Shown here: positions 26,076 through 39,544 of the stretch, piece after piece | How positions within the stretch are numbered: position 1 is the first letter of the stretch | Layout of the letters: each line of letters opens with the position of its first letter | NCBI GenBank assembly: GCA_951406725.2 | Contig: OX597814.1 | Span: 21,762,001-21,826,000 of the forward strand | From: Octopus vulgaris | Taxonomy: Eukaryota | DNA length: 64,000 bases | Direction of reading: 5' to 3' | The notes under the pieces: model-generated | Databases searched by the model: none | Seen by the model: only the letters and a program-made list of their open reading frames with translations | What the model was told of the DNA's origin: nothing | Made by a program: the position numbers and the translations under genes

Positions 26076-27183
26076 CATCCTATCTTATTACCTTGAACAA
26101 TTCAGTCTGCCTATCTCACACTTGTAAACTTGTAGGTGTTGATCATTTTAATCTCAAAAAATTTGTATCAATGAGTTTCACAAAAAAGATGTTTCAATCT
26201 TGGAAGAATAGCCTAGAATCCAAAACCTTAAAGATTAACATGACATAACTCAAAGTGTTATATAGTTAAAGAGAATGCAAAAATTCCAATGTCATCTATG
26301 AAGGGATTTTGACTAATATGCAGTAATGCAATAGGTTAGAATTTGACACTATATATTCAAGAAAACAGCAGAGTACATGAAATAAGCAGTTGGATCTCTG
26401 GCAGGTTGATAGAAGACCAAAGTGTCAGATGTGCAGAAGTAGCTGGCATTGTACTCAATGACAATACAGCTTCCATGAAGTCTCTTAACTTATGAAAGAA
26501 AATTGAAACTACACCTTCCACCTTTAAAAAATGGGCACATCCATTGTATTATTGGATAAATTGCATGAAAGTAAAATGGAACTATTATGGCTAGAACACT
26601 TTAAGCATAAGCTTTATTCAATCGAGATTGACCTGGGACAAAACAACAATCATAAAATGAAATCAATGAACTGTTCATGCAGCTCCCATGATATAGTTGA
26701 TTGTTTATGTTGTCTACATAATATAATTTGTGATGGGGGTGCATGTAAGGAAACTATGGTAACTAGAGTAAAGAAGCCGTTCAAGAATTTGGACCTGGAG
26801 ATCTCCATTTCCAGCGACTTCGAGGGCCACTTCCTAGTGGTGTCGGGTGTCAACAAAGAGCCCTCAACTACAACAAAATGACCAAAGTTATTTTTTTTCC
26901 AAGGTCTGGGGTCTCCCGCCCCTAAGCCCTAGACCATCACCTAATCACCCTTACCCATCTTGTTGCTTAACAACAAAAAGTAAAGAAAGCTGGAATAGGT
27001 TCCTGTTGCTGTTACGTCTTTTGATAACAAAGGAATTTTTCTGAGTGTGTAGTAGATAGAGTGTAAGTGTATGTAAAAACTGAAGTCTTCATGGTAGTAA
27101 GCCATGAGCACTGAATTTTGACAATTTATGGAGATCAAAGGGAAATTAGCATAAGATGATTCATTTTTTATTGTTTCATTTTA

Positions 27184-27582
27184 GGTCCAGGTGTGGCTGT
27201 GTGGTAAAAAGTGTGCTTCCCAACCACATGGTTTCAGGCTCACTGTTTAGAACCTTGGACAAGTGTATTCCACTATAACCTCAGGCCAGAAGTCTGTCAT
27301 GTTTGAGTGTGTGTTTGTACATGTTCATACAGTGTTATCATTTGCTTACCTTGGTTTCATGTGATAATTATCAACAAGTGTCACCATCTTACAAGCAGTA
27401 TCCTTCATTTCCATTCTTTCATGAAAACATGTCTGGTTATGTGGAAATACAACCTTTCTTGGAAACAGATGAGGGTTAGTATCAGAAATGGCATCTGGCT
27501 GTAGAAAATCCATCTAACAACTTCTGTCCAACCTATACAAACATGGAAAAGTGGACATTAAAATGTTGATAATGATAATGAT
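27184..27582 (+). mobile_element. Old SINE with CORE-like head and RTE-type tail
   Basis: GGTGTGGCTGTGTGGTAA..CCTTGGACAAGTG head; ..CATGGAAAAGTGGACATTAAAATG(AT) tail. Confidence 0.65.
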
Positions 27583-28241
27583 TCGCAAAGTAATACAGCA
27601 CAAATGAGGAATTAAACATAAACCTCTCTATAAAGAAATGTTTCTTCAATATTTTTTCTTCAATTAATATTAATGTCTTTTAATAATGCCTTGACCTTAT
27701 TCCAGGGTAATGTATAAGCCTAATCATGTGCACTAAAACACTGCAAAAGACATCAATCTTAGACTAAACTAAAACGCTCCATTCTCTATGTTCTATCAGC
27801 AAAAATATCTAATTTCTGAATAATCAAGAAACTAATTTATTATCATTCTAATCAAATCTAATTACAATTGTCAATTAAATAATGGTATAATTAGCTAAGA
27901 TTGCACTAATGATGCCATTTAAAGTCAATAACAAGATGAGAAAATGAGGAAAATACAGCAAGTTATCAGGGGAAAAGGATTTTTTGGTTAATATTTATCT
28001 GATTCCCTTACAAATCCTTTGTTCTTCTTCATCTCTTACATTACATATATATCATCATCAGCTTCATTTAAGTCTGTTTTCCATGTGTGCATGGATTGTA
28101 TGATTCCACAGGATCCTATAGATTGGAGGATCATTCTTGCTGCATTGCCTTAGTTTTGGCATGGTTTCTATTGCTGGATGCCCTTCCTAACACCAACCAC
28201 TTTACAGAATGTACTGGGTGCAATTTTTTCAATGGCACCAC

Positions 28242-28475
28242 CTATTTCTTTATTACTCACAAGGGGCTAAACACAGAGGGGACAAACAAGGACAGACATA
28301 GGTATTAAGTCGATTACATCGACCCCAGTGCGTAACTGGTACTTAATTTATCGACCCTGAAAGGATGAAAGGCAAAGTCAACCTCAGCGGAATTTGAACT
28401 CACAACGTAATGCAGACGAAATACCGCTAAGCATTTCGCCCGGCGCGCTAACGTTTCTGCCAGCTCGCCGCCTTC
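28242..28475 (-). mobile_element. Meta-domain-like SINE with TSD
   Basis: Reverse complement of the 8069 family; TTCAATGGCACCACC on both sides. Confidence 0.9.
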
Positions 28476-29327
28476 AATGGCACCACCACTATTGAGATTG
28501 TCTTGCTATCATGTAAAACCTAAGAGCCCTCTCAATCCCTGTGTTGTCACTGCTTCAATAAATTACCAACCATTTGCTGAACGTGGTGGGGGAATAAATT
28601 TGTTGTACACAAAGTGAAACAGCGCCCCCTGTGATGGATGGAACAGATCTGTGGTGAGTAGTAGAAGAATAACAGGGGGAAGTGTGTTGGGGTGAGAATA
28701 ATGGAGAAGACAGGGAAGAAGAAAATTACTGTCAAGGATTTGTATGAAAGAGAGTGAAGGACAAAGTTGCTGTGGTGATAGGGTGGGTTTATATAGGTGG
28801 GCTAGTGATAAGGGAATTTGGTCCACTTTCTTTGTTTCTATGGGTTGGACAGTTTGCCAGAGTCCACAACAGTTCTTATTGAAATTACATAGATTTATTG
28901 GTGAGAGAAAGTAGTGTGGTGTGAGTCTAGCAGAGGCAGTATAAAGGAAGTGGATATATTTCTTTATTTTTAAAAAGATATGTGGATAATAGAATTAAAA
29001 GGGCAAAATAATATCAGGGGTTAATAAAAGAAAAAATTAGATAGTAATTGAGGGTGGTAGGAAAGACTTACAGAGGCAGTGTAAAGAAAGGAGTTAATTG
29101 GAGGGGAAAGGAAAAGCAGTGCCACAAGGTAATTTTTCATATCTATGCCTGTACAAAGAATATGTTCATTCTCTGTGTTAACATGAAGGATGGAGCTTCT
29201 TTGAAACTAACTAGTACCACAAATTGTTTAATCATAGGTTATTGTTGTTGTTGACTAGCCCAGATCAATCATGATTGAACAAACAATCCAGCTTTGACTA
29301 TCCTGTCTTTTGTTCAGAAAGAACATA

Positions 29328-29717
29328 TACTCTTTACTCTTTTACTTGTTTCAGTCATTTGACTTTGGCCATGCTGGAGCACCACCTTTAGTTGAGCAAA
29401 TCGACCCCAGGACTTATTCTTTGTAAGCCTATTACTTATTCTATCAGTCTCTTTTGCCAAACCGCTAAGTTACGGAGACTTAAACACACCAGCATCGGTT
29501 GTCAAGCGATGTTGGGGGGACAAACACACACATATATATACATATACATATATACAACGGGCTTCTTTCAGTTTCCGTCTACCAAATCTACTCACAAGGC
29601 TTTGGTCGGCCTGAGGCTATAGTAGAAGACACTTGCCCAAGGTGCCATGCAGTGGGACTGAACCCAGAACCATGTGGTTCGTAAGCAAGCTACCTACCAC
29701 ACAGCCACTCCTATGCC
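29328..29717 (-). mobile_element. CORE-domain-like tRNA SINE
   Basis: Reverse complement of the 18036 family. Confidence 0.9.
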
Positions 29718-30882
29718 TATATCTACAAATGCATTATCCAAAGTATTCTCTTTTTTCTAAGATAGGAGATCGTGCTTTGAGAGACAATTGACTACTATTT
29801 CTAACCACATACAGACACTCTCATTGGCTTATTTGATCATGCATATATATTTCCTATTTTTGTTTCTTAAACGCCAAATCAGTCCTGATAAAGCAGATCT
29901 ATGATCAAATACATTTCTACCATGTACACAAAATCTATTTTTTTCTTCTGCTATAATGTATCCAGGACCACATTATCAAATATGTCCTACATCACCGTCA
30001 GCATCTGACATAACTTCTTCAGGCGCAGATCCATGGACTCTCGAGACTGGAAGATGCCTACTAGATGCTGTTATATCTAACACATCCTAGAGTTTGAAGT
30101 TATACAAGACACTGACATTAGATTCTACAATGCAAAACTTCCGTGATACAAAACTTCTTACTTGAAAATATATTCAAATTAAAGCATTCTTTAATTATAT
30201 GTGACACTTATAATACATAGTATGTTTTAGAATTGGCTCGCCTAAAAAAATTGGTCTCAGAGAGGACAATTCAGCCATAAAACATTGTTCTATGAAGTCT
30301 TGTTCAATCTATGTCATCAAGGAAAAGTGAATGTAAAATGTTGATGTGTTTAAGAAGTTTTGAGTTCATTTTCGAACATATGGTTTTGACTTCAGTCCTA
30401 CTATTCAGCACCTTGGACATGTGTCTCCTGCTATGGCCCTGGATCAACTAAAGCCTTGTGAGTGGATTTGGTGAACAAAAGCTGAAAGAAACACATCATA
30501 TGTGTATGTGTGTGTATGCACACACATGATGTGTGTACACACACACACATATATATCACAATCATGATCATCATTTAACATTCGTTTTCCATGCTGGCAT
30601 GGATTAGATATGAGCTGGCAAGTCAGAGAGTTGCACTAAGCTCTAATTGTTTGTTTTGACATAGTTTCTATGGTGAGACGCCCTTCCTAACATCAACCAC
30701 TTTACAAAGTGTACAGGTGCTTTTTACAGAGTGTACAAGTGCTTTTTACATGTGTGTGTGTGTGTGTGTGTCCTTATTTTCATATCATGTGGCAGATGTA
30801 AATAAATGTCACTGTCATACAAATGGTGTTATTCATTTTCAATATTTTGCAAAAACATGTCTGTCCATGAGGAAATATTATT

Positions 30883-31082
30883 TTCTACTCTACGCACAAG
30901 GCCCGAAATTTTGGGGGAGGGTACCAGTCGATTAGATCACCAGTACACAACTGGTATTTAATTTATCAACCCCAAAAGGATGAAAGGCAAAGTCGAGCTC
31001 AGCAGAATTTGAACTCAGAACATAAAGAATGCCGCTAAGATTTTCACCCAGCATGCCAAAGTTTCTGCCAGCTCGCCACCTT
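30883..31082 (-). mobile_element. Meta-domain-like SINE variant
   Basis: CTGGTATTTAATTTATCAACCCCAAAAGGATGAAAGGC..GAACTC..CCAGCTCGCC. Confidence 0.8.
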
Positions 31083-33589
31083 GCTATGAGGAAATAGTAC
31101 CTTACTTGGCAACAGATAGAGTACTTGGCTATCAACTATCTACCACAATAAACTCCATCCAAATCATACAAACATGGAAAAGTCAACATTAAAATCATGA
31201 TGACATTTCCGTAAAAGCATAGATGTGTATTATCACCCCTTAACCTCTATTTTTCCATGCTTATGTGGGTCAAATTCAGATAAAATCTTTCTGTCAGGAA
31301 TGACAAACAACAATGGATTTATTTAAGTATATATCAGCCTCTTCCAGCACCTGCTATTTACAATGTTGTTATTTAAAACAGTGTTGTAAATTCCATGATG
31401 AAATTCTGAAAACTGATGCTGCTTTTGAATATCAGGGTTTTGTTTTTTTTTGTGAGAAGTTTGCTGCTCAGCCACATGATTTTGGATTCAATCTCACTGC
31501 ATGGCACTTTGGACAAGTATCTTCTTATAGAGCCCCAGTAAATATAACCTTACTTGGAAACAATTGAGGTTTAGCAACTGGAATGGTATCAGACCATAAA
31601 AAAACCTGCTTCAACAAAACTCCATCCAACCCATCCACGCATAGAAAAATGGACATTAAAACAACAATGATGATGATGATGATGGTTTTTGGTTGTTTAG
31701 ATTCAATAAAGTCCTGTGTTCTATGTCTTATATAAAAACACTTGCATTTTCTTCTCCATGGGAGTGCAGTCTTTTCGTCTGGTATGAGAGAATGCTATTC
31801 ATACTGTATTGATGCGTATCTGTAGGTGTGTGGCAGTTTGTACCAAACAAATTATCTAAAAATATCAAATTTTTATCATAAAATAATACTTAACTGATAT
31901 CGTGTAGTCATTTACTAAGTGGTCAAGTGAATCTCAAGTCAGTACATGGCTCACACATTATGAGTTACTATTTTTAAGTCACAACTTTTTATTGGCTTGA
32001 AATGTAATCTTCGTCACTTAACCTCTTCCTCAAACATGAAACATTACAGTGCTTTTTCTTTTAATTTCCTTGATTCTGTTTTTTCACTTTCTTTTGTTCC
32101 TTCATCTCTCTCTCTCTCACCCTCTTTTTCACCCTCTTTTTCACCCCCTCACTCTCTCTCTCTCTCCTCCCTCCCTCCACCGAATTAATATATTTTTAGA
32201 TTAATTGACTGCAAGGCCTAATCTGTTGTATCAGTAACTAACAATACAGCCAGGCTGCAGACAGGATCAGAAATTAGGATTATCTTTTAATAGTAGTCAA
32301 TAAAATTGTATTAGCGGCAATTCACTTGGAAAAGAAAGGCTTATATTTGTGTATCTGAGACTGAAATTAAACTGACCTTAGATATAAATTGTATGTCACC
32401 ACCCTCTCATCTCCCATCATCACTCCACATTTCTTTTGTTTATTCTCCATCTTTTTCTTCAGCTTTACTTTCCTTTTCATTTTATCTCTCCATCTTTTTT
32501 TTCAACTTCTCTCTCTGCTTCAAAATCACCTACTTTCTCATTTTTAATCATTTCTTCTTTCTTCCATCTAACTTCCCTTCTCTTCTTTTTTTTTTTCCCT
32601 CTCCCTCTTTATTATGTGTTCTTTCCATCAAGGCCCAGTATACTAACTGCCTCCTTATTACATAATTTACCTTAAATTTTAATCATTAGAAATTTTGAAA
32701 ATTTTCACTTTTACTCCCTTGTGAGAATAAATGTTCATTAGCACTAATATAATTTTCTTCTCATTATATTTATAACTATTTTTGATTCATCATACCATGT
32801 ATGGTAGCCTACACTTAGTGACAGAAAATAGTTTTATCATGTTTCTACTCATTAACCTGGCAGCCTGTTCATGTAACCTTGCTAAGAGATATAATTTTAT
32901 TTCATCATTACATTTAGATATCTCAGAAAGCACATCATCATTTTCATTATAATCTCTTTTGTCATTACCATTAGTTATTAACCTTGTTGTTATTGCAGTT
33001 GTCATCATCTTCTCTATAAAACTTGATAAATTACTTATCAATGAAAACTATTGATTTGACTATATACGAAAATTAAAAGATTGCAAATACAAAATTATGA
33101 ACTTGGTTATCTTTTCCATCTCTGCCTGTTCTATTAATTAAACTCTTCAAACGTATTTCCAGTCATACAAAAGAACACTCCTTAACACTTCTTTTCCACA
33201 CAAACAATTAGAATTCAGCTCTTCTCACATGAAATTCTTGTATTATGTAAACTGTAGCAACTGTAACATTTCACAGGAAACATGTGATTTACTTCACATG
33301 CCAGATGTTACAAAGTAATACCATCATCATCATTACCACCATTTTTAACACCCTCCTTTTCATGCTTGCTATGGAATTCATTGAGGCAGATTTTTCTACA
33401 GCCATTGAAGCAGATTTTTATATCAACTGCACTCACCTGTTTCCTAGTACATTATAATATTGAGGATATTTAATGTGTAGTTACTATGTACACACAAGAC
33501 ATTACACTCAAGAAGTACAAAGTTAATTTATCTAAACATTATTGAATATGATTAACAAGTACAGAACAAAGAATATATATATATATATA

Positions 33590-33732
33590 TTCATTTAGAG
33601 ATAGTAGGCCCCTTCATCTCACCATATAAAATGTACCTCAAGAAACATGTGAGCCAAGTTATAAAGTAGTAAGTATTTAAATTAAAATTCTTTTATATGG
33701 TGAGATGAAGAGGCCTTCTATCTCTAAATGAA
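33590..33732. repeat. Inverted repeat A (~42-bp arms, ~59-bp spacer)
   Basis: TTCATTTAGAGATAGTAGGCCCCTTCATCTCACCATATAAAA vs TTTTATATGGTGAGATGAAGAGGCCTTCTATCTCTAAATGAA; 2 mismatches. Confidence 0.9.
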
Positions 33733-33805
33733 AATATATATTTCCTCATTGAGAATAATTTGAATACCTGTTATGCCGGAATTTTTATTCCCTAACAAAT
33801 AAAAT

Positions 33806-33841
<36 letters not shown>

Positions 33842-33849
<8 letters not shown>

Positions 33850-34139
33850 TAATTAGGGTTCAGCAAAAAATTTGCTTCACCACATACCGAAAATTTAGAA
33901 ATAGCAGCCAAACACCAAGCTATTTCCTCTACTGTAAGAGAATCTCCCAGATAACATATACTCAAATTACCGGGTGAATTTCGTTGTTTTTTCTCTTTAC
34001 CATCATGGATTGTTTTTGAGTATATGTTATCTGGGAGATTCTCTTACAGTAGAGGAAATAGCTTGGTGTTTGACTGCTATTTCTAAATTTTCGGTATGTA
34101 GTGAAGCAAATTTTTTGCTGAACCCTAATTATAATTATA
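33842..34139. repeat. Inverted repeat B (~125-bp arms, ~48-bp spacer)
   Basis: 33842-33966 is the reverse complement of 34015-34139 with 2 mismatches. Confidence 0.95.
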
Positions 34140-34499
34140 CTCCTAATTATAAAAAAATTGTTTTTTAAGTTTTTTAACATGCCAAAACTACTTGGTAATA
34201 ATCAATAATTATTAATTAATTAATTAATTTTACCCTTTATTATTATTTATATATATATATATATATATATACAATTTCTCTCCTCTTATGAAACGGAGCA
34301 TTGTTAGTAGAATTGCTTGCAAATTGATTGTGTTTGATAGTATAGGATTCTATTCTTCTGTAACTAAGTCCCTTCACCTTCAAAAAACCTTAACTTTGAC
34401 CAACTTTATACATATTAGTAAATCTGTTATTAAAATCAGCATACACTCAAGAAATAGTTAATTTTTTTTACAAATGTTGTGAGATAGTAAGTCACTCTT

Positions 34500-36250
34500 A
34501 ATTTTGGATATTATCTAGAAAATATTCAATAAAATGAAGAAGGAAGAAAAGCAGTAGATATGTTATAAAGGGAGTATGTAATAGTTTAATATTAGTTTGT
34601 ATAATCCAGTTCTGATGTACATTTCCAAAAATTTTGTAGCTACTTGTTGAAGTATCTGTATTTATTGAAGATCTCTGATTCATAATTAGATAATACACAT
34701 AATTGTTGATGTTATTCAATATGAAGCTGTTTTCAGCTGTATATAAATTGCACTTTTTATCCCATTGATATAAAGTTTGTATCTCCCTAAAACTTCCCAC
34801 TTGATGTCAAATTTAGAATCATGCTCTTTTAAATGTTTCATAAATTCTGCATTATTTGACTGATTAAATTAGCATTATGTAATGTTTCTTCATGTGCAGT
34901 TAATCTCTGTTAATTTTATTGATTTATGTCATATAATATTTTTCAAGTTGGGAGTATATTTGTCATTCACTTTCAAACAATTTCTGTTGATTAGTTTTAT
35001 GCAGCAGTAGTTAATGTGAAAATGCTTACCTGTTAAGTTTAGGAAATTTGGAGCTGTACTTAACTTAAGGGTTAAATCTATAGGTGGGTGACAAATGTCA
35101 GTATTAACCTACTCTATTACTTTAATTGATTTATTATAAAGTTTGTATTTATCTGGGATTAACTTTAGTATGGCATCTAAGAAATATATATTAATGATTC
35201 CTTTTATTGACCACAATGTTAATAAGAATTGTAACTTTTAGACCAAAATTTTTTAAGGTGTTAATAAGACCTTTCATATAGGTATCTAGTGTATACTCAC
35301 TGGCATATTGTGAAATGTCCAACCCATCATGTATATATAGTCTAGTGTTTGATGTGGGAACATTCTTATTTAATGAGTCTAGTATATATAGGCCAACAGG
35401 ATTACAAATCTCTGTGCTATCACACAGCCCCATACTGACGTTGAACAAACTTGTGAGATCTGCTTCTTTTGATCCAACCCTAATCCTTGTCAAAGATGAG
35501 TGCTTCAAGCATGCATAGTGATACTGATGTCATCATCATCTATACCATTATATTCTTTTGAAACCTAGAGTGCGAATGATAGAGATTTAGAAATAGAAGG
35601 TTAAAATTCAGTGATGTCAAATGTAATATGCTTAGAGTCATTTTTATAGTTAATATTATTGAACCAACTAATTACTGTATTAAAGTTATTCCTATGCTGA
35701 GGTGTATGTGTCGTTCTAATATTATTATCAAGTATTTTTAAAACATTTCTTCTGATTAATTTCATTTCTGCTTTTCCCAGATTAATTAATCTACATTTTG
35801 GATTGAAGTTTAAATTCTTTTTATGATCCTTAGTCGAACATATACTTCATGTTTTGCCAAGCATTGTAACCTATTTTTAAATTCCCTTTCTTAGTTACAT
35901 TTTAGCGTTTATATTATTTTAAATGTTTATGTTAGTCTTTTTGTAATTTCAAGTAATATTTTTATTATTTAGTTATTTGTAGGTGCTGTTTTCTTTTTCA
36001 TAAAGGTCAATGGTTTTGTTAGAGAATATAAAGCTGTTTTTGAATTCTTAATATTCTTAATGTCAGATATAAGGTTATTTTGAAAGGTGTTGGTGTACTT
36101 ATGAAAGCATGTGTTAGCTATCATATCTAAAAGGTTGAATTCAAAAGGTTTAAGGTCTTCAATACAAAGTGTGGTTTTTCATATTTTCATTCCATTATTT
36201 GTGGTATTAGATTTGTATCCACAAACAAGTACTTAAGTGCCATCCTCTTG
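34500..36250 (-). mobile_element. Decayed Penelope-like retroelement (RT + GIY-YIG C-terminus)
   Basis: Minus-strand fragments: KDHK..NPKCRLIN; WFNNINYKN..TFDITEF*PSIS; FNVSMGLCDSTEICNPVGLYILD..LYIHDGL (cf. PLE MGS.DG.E.C.LVG / LYRDDG); DIKWEVLGRYK..KKCNLYTAE. Confidence 0.85.
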
Positions 36251-36759
36251 GTGATATTTCACAGCATAGTAAAACACTGCTGATGATGAAGAACTATAGT
36301 GTTAATCATGGATCTATACATTGTAACATAATCATTGAAGATTATTCTTACTCCAAATAATAAATGATGAGGCTGTTAAAGACATGCAAATGCTCTCTTG
36401 CTAGCAAACTATTGGATCAGTTCAAATATGACCTCTTCAACCTAGTAATCTTACACCAACACTATCAAAGAAACTCTCAAGAATAGCATTACAAAATTTC
36501 AGAAACACCAAGAATGTATTTATTCTGTCAAACAACATGAACAGCTGTCACAAAATTGACAAATATATTCGTAAATGGCCCTTCTCTAACAGTATAACAA
36601 ATACACGTAAAATTTAAGAAAAAAAAATTTAACACTACAAAACTCCATAAGTCAAGAGGGTAAAATAGACTAGCAATGGAATTAGATATAAACAACAGGA
36701 CTGAATAACTAGCACTCTGCACATCTCACATAACACTCACGGACCATGAATCAAACTTC

Positions 36760-36805
36760 TTAATAGCATACAGGTAGGAGTTATCGTCTGCCTGTATGCT
36801 ATTAA
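36760..36805. other. Compact hairpin with 15-bp perfect stem
   Basis: TTAATAGCATACAGG-TAGGAGTTATCGTCTG-CCTGTATGCTATTAA. Confidence 0.85.
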
Positions 36806-37249
36806 ATCCCACTAAAACCAGTTGCAATAAATATGATAATCCAACATACAAATTACTGCTATAGTATTACAAAATCAACATACTTATCCAAATGAACAAC
36901 ACTGCATTTATGACTGGATGATTTACAGATATCAATAAGTGCCCGTAAAATCTGCAATATTTGAAAGTCGTATTCACTTTTCAATAATCAAGCTCCTATT
37001 TGTGAATATACTCACAATCACTAAAAACGACATGACACTAGCAGATCAAAAACTTCAGGTCATAACTGACATTAGATGATAATTGTGGGTTTTTTTGTTT
37101 ACAAAGTACTAACCAAGATTTGTGAAATCAGAGGACTCTACACATTACATGTATGAGACACAAAATACAGTAACCTGAAATGTGGCCTTTATTGTAATGA
37201 TGGGCTCATGGTATTAAAAGGATGTAATAATGGGCTCATGGTATTAAAA

Positions 37250-37481
37250 GGCGGCGAGCTGGCAGAAACATTAGCATGGCGGGTGAAATGCTTAGCGGTA
37301 TTTCGCCTGCTGCTACGTTCTGAGTTCAAATTCCGCCAAGGTCGACTTTGCCTTTCATCCTTTCGGGGTCGATTAAATAAGTACCAGTTACACATTGGGG
37401 TTCGATATAATCGACTTAATCCGTTTGTCTGTCCTTGTTTGTCCCTTCTGTGTTTAACCCCTTGTGGGTAGTAAAGAAATA
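37250..37481 (+). mobile_element. Meta-domain-like SINE with 12-bp TSD
   Basis: GGTATTAAAAGG at 37240 and 37482; adjacent 30-bp tandem duplication 37193-37251. Confidence 0.9.
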
Positions 37482-38055
37482 GGTATTAAAAGGACATGAA
37501 TGATTGCTAACTAGATAAATTAATCTTCAGGTGAAACATCTTTCAATAGATAATCTCAGCACTTTGATGACACACTAATGCTCAGTAACTTCAAGTAATG
37601 ACCTAAGCCCTTATAAACAATGCAAATATAAGGTACTATGTTTTATCCTCACCCTCCAACACACAACCCAAACAAACCTTATCAGCAATTTGTTATATAC
37701 CAAGTATGTTTGAAAACAACTGTATAGCCAAATCCTACATTGGTCTGGAAACACTTTTTAAATCAAGATTCTTGCAACATACTCCTTCCAAAACATAATT
37801 TGAAGAACAGACACAAACTTGTCGAAATAACTATGGCCACTAAAAGACCAACTAAACACTAAATATAACATCAAGTAGAGGGTCATTGATCACAATGAAA
37901 CATACAAGGAAAAACGAAGACTACAACCTGTGTACTTCAGAGAAAACAACCATATTGTTTTTACTTGCGCCACCTTGAATTTACAATTTAAGTTGATCTC
38001 CTCTTTCATGCACAGACCTAAGTATCTACTGAAAAATTTTCAAATAAATATAATC

Positions 38056-38268
38056 CTTTCTACAGAAGACACAAGCCCTTTAAATTTTGGGGGAGGGGAC
38101 TAATCACTTACATCAACCCCAGTGTTTCACTGGTACTTAGTTTATTGACTCTGAAAGGATAAAAGGCAAAATCACCCTTGGTGGAATTGAACTCAGAATG
38201 TAGCAGCAGATGAAATACAGCTAAGCATTTCACCCAGAAGGCTAACAATTCTGCCAGTTCACCACCTT
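38056..38268 (-). mobile_element. Meta-domain-like SINE (older variant)
   Basis: CTGGTACTTAGTTTATTGACTCTGAAAGGATAAAAGGC..GAACTC. Confidence 0.75.
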
Positions 38269-38307
38269 AATCTTCAAATAAATATGATAATAATAACAAC
38301 AGTTATA

Positions 38308-38637
38308 CCTATTTCTTTACTACCCACAAGGGTCTAAACACAGAGAGGACAAACAAGGACAGACAAACAGATTAAGTCAATTATATCGACGCCAATGCAT
38401 AACTGGTACTTATTTAATCGACCCCGAAAGGATGAAAGGCAAATCTTATAATGTTCAGCTTCCCTCTCCGTGTTTAGCCCCTTGTGGATAGTAAAGAACT
38501 AAGTACTTATTTAATCGACCCTGAAAGTATGAAAGGCAAAGTCGACCTCGACAGAATTTGAACTCAGAACATAGCGGCAGACGAAATACCGCAAAACATT
38601 TCGCCCAGCATGCTAACGTTTCCTCCAGCTCACCACC
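38308..38637 (-). mobile_element. Meta-like SINE containing an antisense tail fragment of the same family
   Basis: GTACTTATTTAATCGACC.GAAAG.ATGAAAGGCAAA occurs twice, flanking a plus-oriented tail GTGTTTAGCCCCTTGTGGATAGTAAAGAA. Confidence 0.8.
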
Positions 38638-39544
38638 TAATAATAATAATAGTTATATCATCAAACAAGTCATGCACCAAAGCAATCCAATAATGACAAA
38701 GTTGGCATTAGGAAGGGCATCCAGCCGTAGAAACACTGCCAGATCTGACTGGGCCTGACGAAGCCTTCCAGCTTCACAGACCCCAGTTGACCCGTCCAAC
38801 CCATGCTAGCATGGAAAGCGGACGCTAAATGATGATGATGATGATCATATGCCCACATGCACAGAACATTCTGCTTTGCAGCATACAGCCTGCAGAGCTT
38901 CACCACCCTACATTCTGTACCAATTGTTGTAGCACTCACATCTAGTACATTTCATACCACACATTTCAGGTACTTTTGCTCCACTAAGTACAATTCTGTC
39001 CCACATGCCTGCATGTCCTTGCTCAGATTCTACATGCTTATAATTACACATACATAAATCATTATTCATGTTAGAACCACCATAAATCAAAAATTAACTA
39101 TTATTACATGTTCATAAACACTATATTCAGTTTGTATTATATTGAATTATTCATTCTGTTATTTTTATATTTTTGCACACATAAATTCATGAATTTCTAA
39201 TTTTCCTGTTAATTCATTATTTTGATAATGTCTCCAGTGACAACCTTTGCAATTTTCATTTTGTTATTGGAAATTCTATTATAAACATTACAAATTCTAA
39301 CGAGTTGCCAGCCCATTCTCAGTGCCAAAACAATTGTTAAATGGACTGTAAATAATTGTTAAATGATTTTTCTCTAAAACCTTCATTGCTTGTTAATCTA
39401 TAATCATATGATTTTTCTATACACCCTGTATTTCGAAATCTTCATTTTATCATCAGCATCATACAGAAGCTATTATATGCTAGTTTACTCAGCAGGAATA
39501 TTATATTATCCTGAGATTTGGTGACAACACATCTCCACAAATCT

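Noticed and set aside
26531-26881. 116-aa ORF
   Set aside because: 5' part overlaps an old repeat remnant; no recognisable domain
28530-28830. Purine-rich block faintly resembling a PLE linker region (minus strand)
   Set aside because: Too degenerate to support
36500-38040. Possible decayed plus-strand LINE endonuclease region
   Set aside because: A/C-rich composition is suggestive but no diagnostic motif could be read
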